This document shows positions 63,818-64,000 of a stretch of 64,000 bases of DNA, piece after piece. How positions within the stretch are numbered: position 1 is the first letter of the stretch; each line of letters opens with the position of its first letter. The stretch lies in contig DASVHQ010000119.1 of the NCBI GenBank assembly GCA_036382515.1, positions 715 through 64,714 on the forward strand, given 5' to 3'. Below the pieces are notes generated by a model. The model searched no databases. It had not been told where the DNA came from and saw only the letters and a list, made by a program, of their open reading frames with translations. Both the position numbers and the translations under genes were made by a program. The DNA comes from Polyangiales bacterium. Lineage in GTDB: Bacteria > Myxococcota_A > Polyangia > Polyangiales > JAFGIB01.

Positions 63818-64000
63818 GTGCGAGCCCGCGTTGCGGTGTGCCTGATTGTGTGGCGGACGGCGGCGCCCGCAAGGGGTGTTTGGCGGTCCGTCTGCGGCGT
63901 ACCGGGCTGCGGTAGCGGTTTTCGACGAACCTGATATGGTTGCGCGATTGCGGGGCGAGGTTTCGATGCTGAAGGTCTGGCCGGGCTTTTCAGGGGCACG

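Noticed and set aside
1-64000. CRISPR arrays, rRNA genes, intact IS/transposase or integrase genes, and recognisable defence or toxin modules
   Set aside because: None seen. The only regular short repeats are those listed (8-mer x4, 9-mer x4, 74-bp units), and none has the repeat-spacer structure of a CRISPR array.

Overview
GC-rich chromosomal segment, roughly 70% GC by eye (not computed). Gene content points to a Myxococcota (Polyangia-like) genome: a CdnL-type CarD regulator, a PilZ protein of the myxobacterial paralog type, many FHA proteins plus a Hanks kinase, a small RHH family, and a split nuo locus. This taxonomic call is inference only. I support about 60 protein genes, one tRNA-Asn, two pseudogenes and several repeats. 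The window is mostly housekeeping. It holds yacG-hemE-hemH followed by a split YeeE/YedE operon, rpsB-tsf-pyrH-frr, rng-pilZ, cdnL and ppx. It also holds an NFACT/DUF72 pair, nuoE-F-J-K-L-M-N, lepB-miaE, tsaB, yajQ, purE and ribBA-ribD. Translational coupling by ATGA/GTGA overlaps is very common. I saw no rRNA, CRISPR array, intact mobile element or recognisable defence island, and no convincing new multi-gene system. The observations most worth a second look are: (1) NuoL has an in-frame extension of about 195 aa with a PKD-like signature, and a lipoprotein gene is coupled to nuoN. (2) A lysine-rich histone-H1-like gene is interrupted by an A10 homopolymer, after which the Lys-rich coding continues in another frame. 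(3) A glycogen-synthase homolog has lost all the canonical catalytic motifs I could check. (4) A 103-nt palindromic repeat occurs twice in convergent intergenic regions, once followed by 74-bp tandem units. (5) A 23-bp perfect inverted repeat pair forms a MITE-like or long-hairpin element. (6) (GTTCTCAA)x4 lies upstream of nuoE. (7) A divergent isoprenoid-synthase-fold gene is coupled to ribBA behind a structured leader that is not an FMN riboswitch. (8) A decayed serine-recombinase/XRE island sits at tRNA-Asn. All family assignments come from motif recognition by eye. No database search was run.
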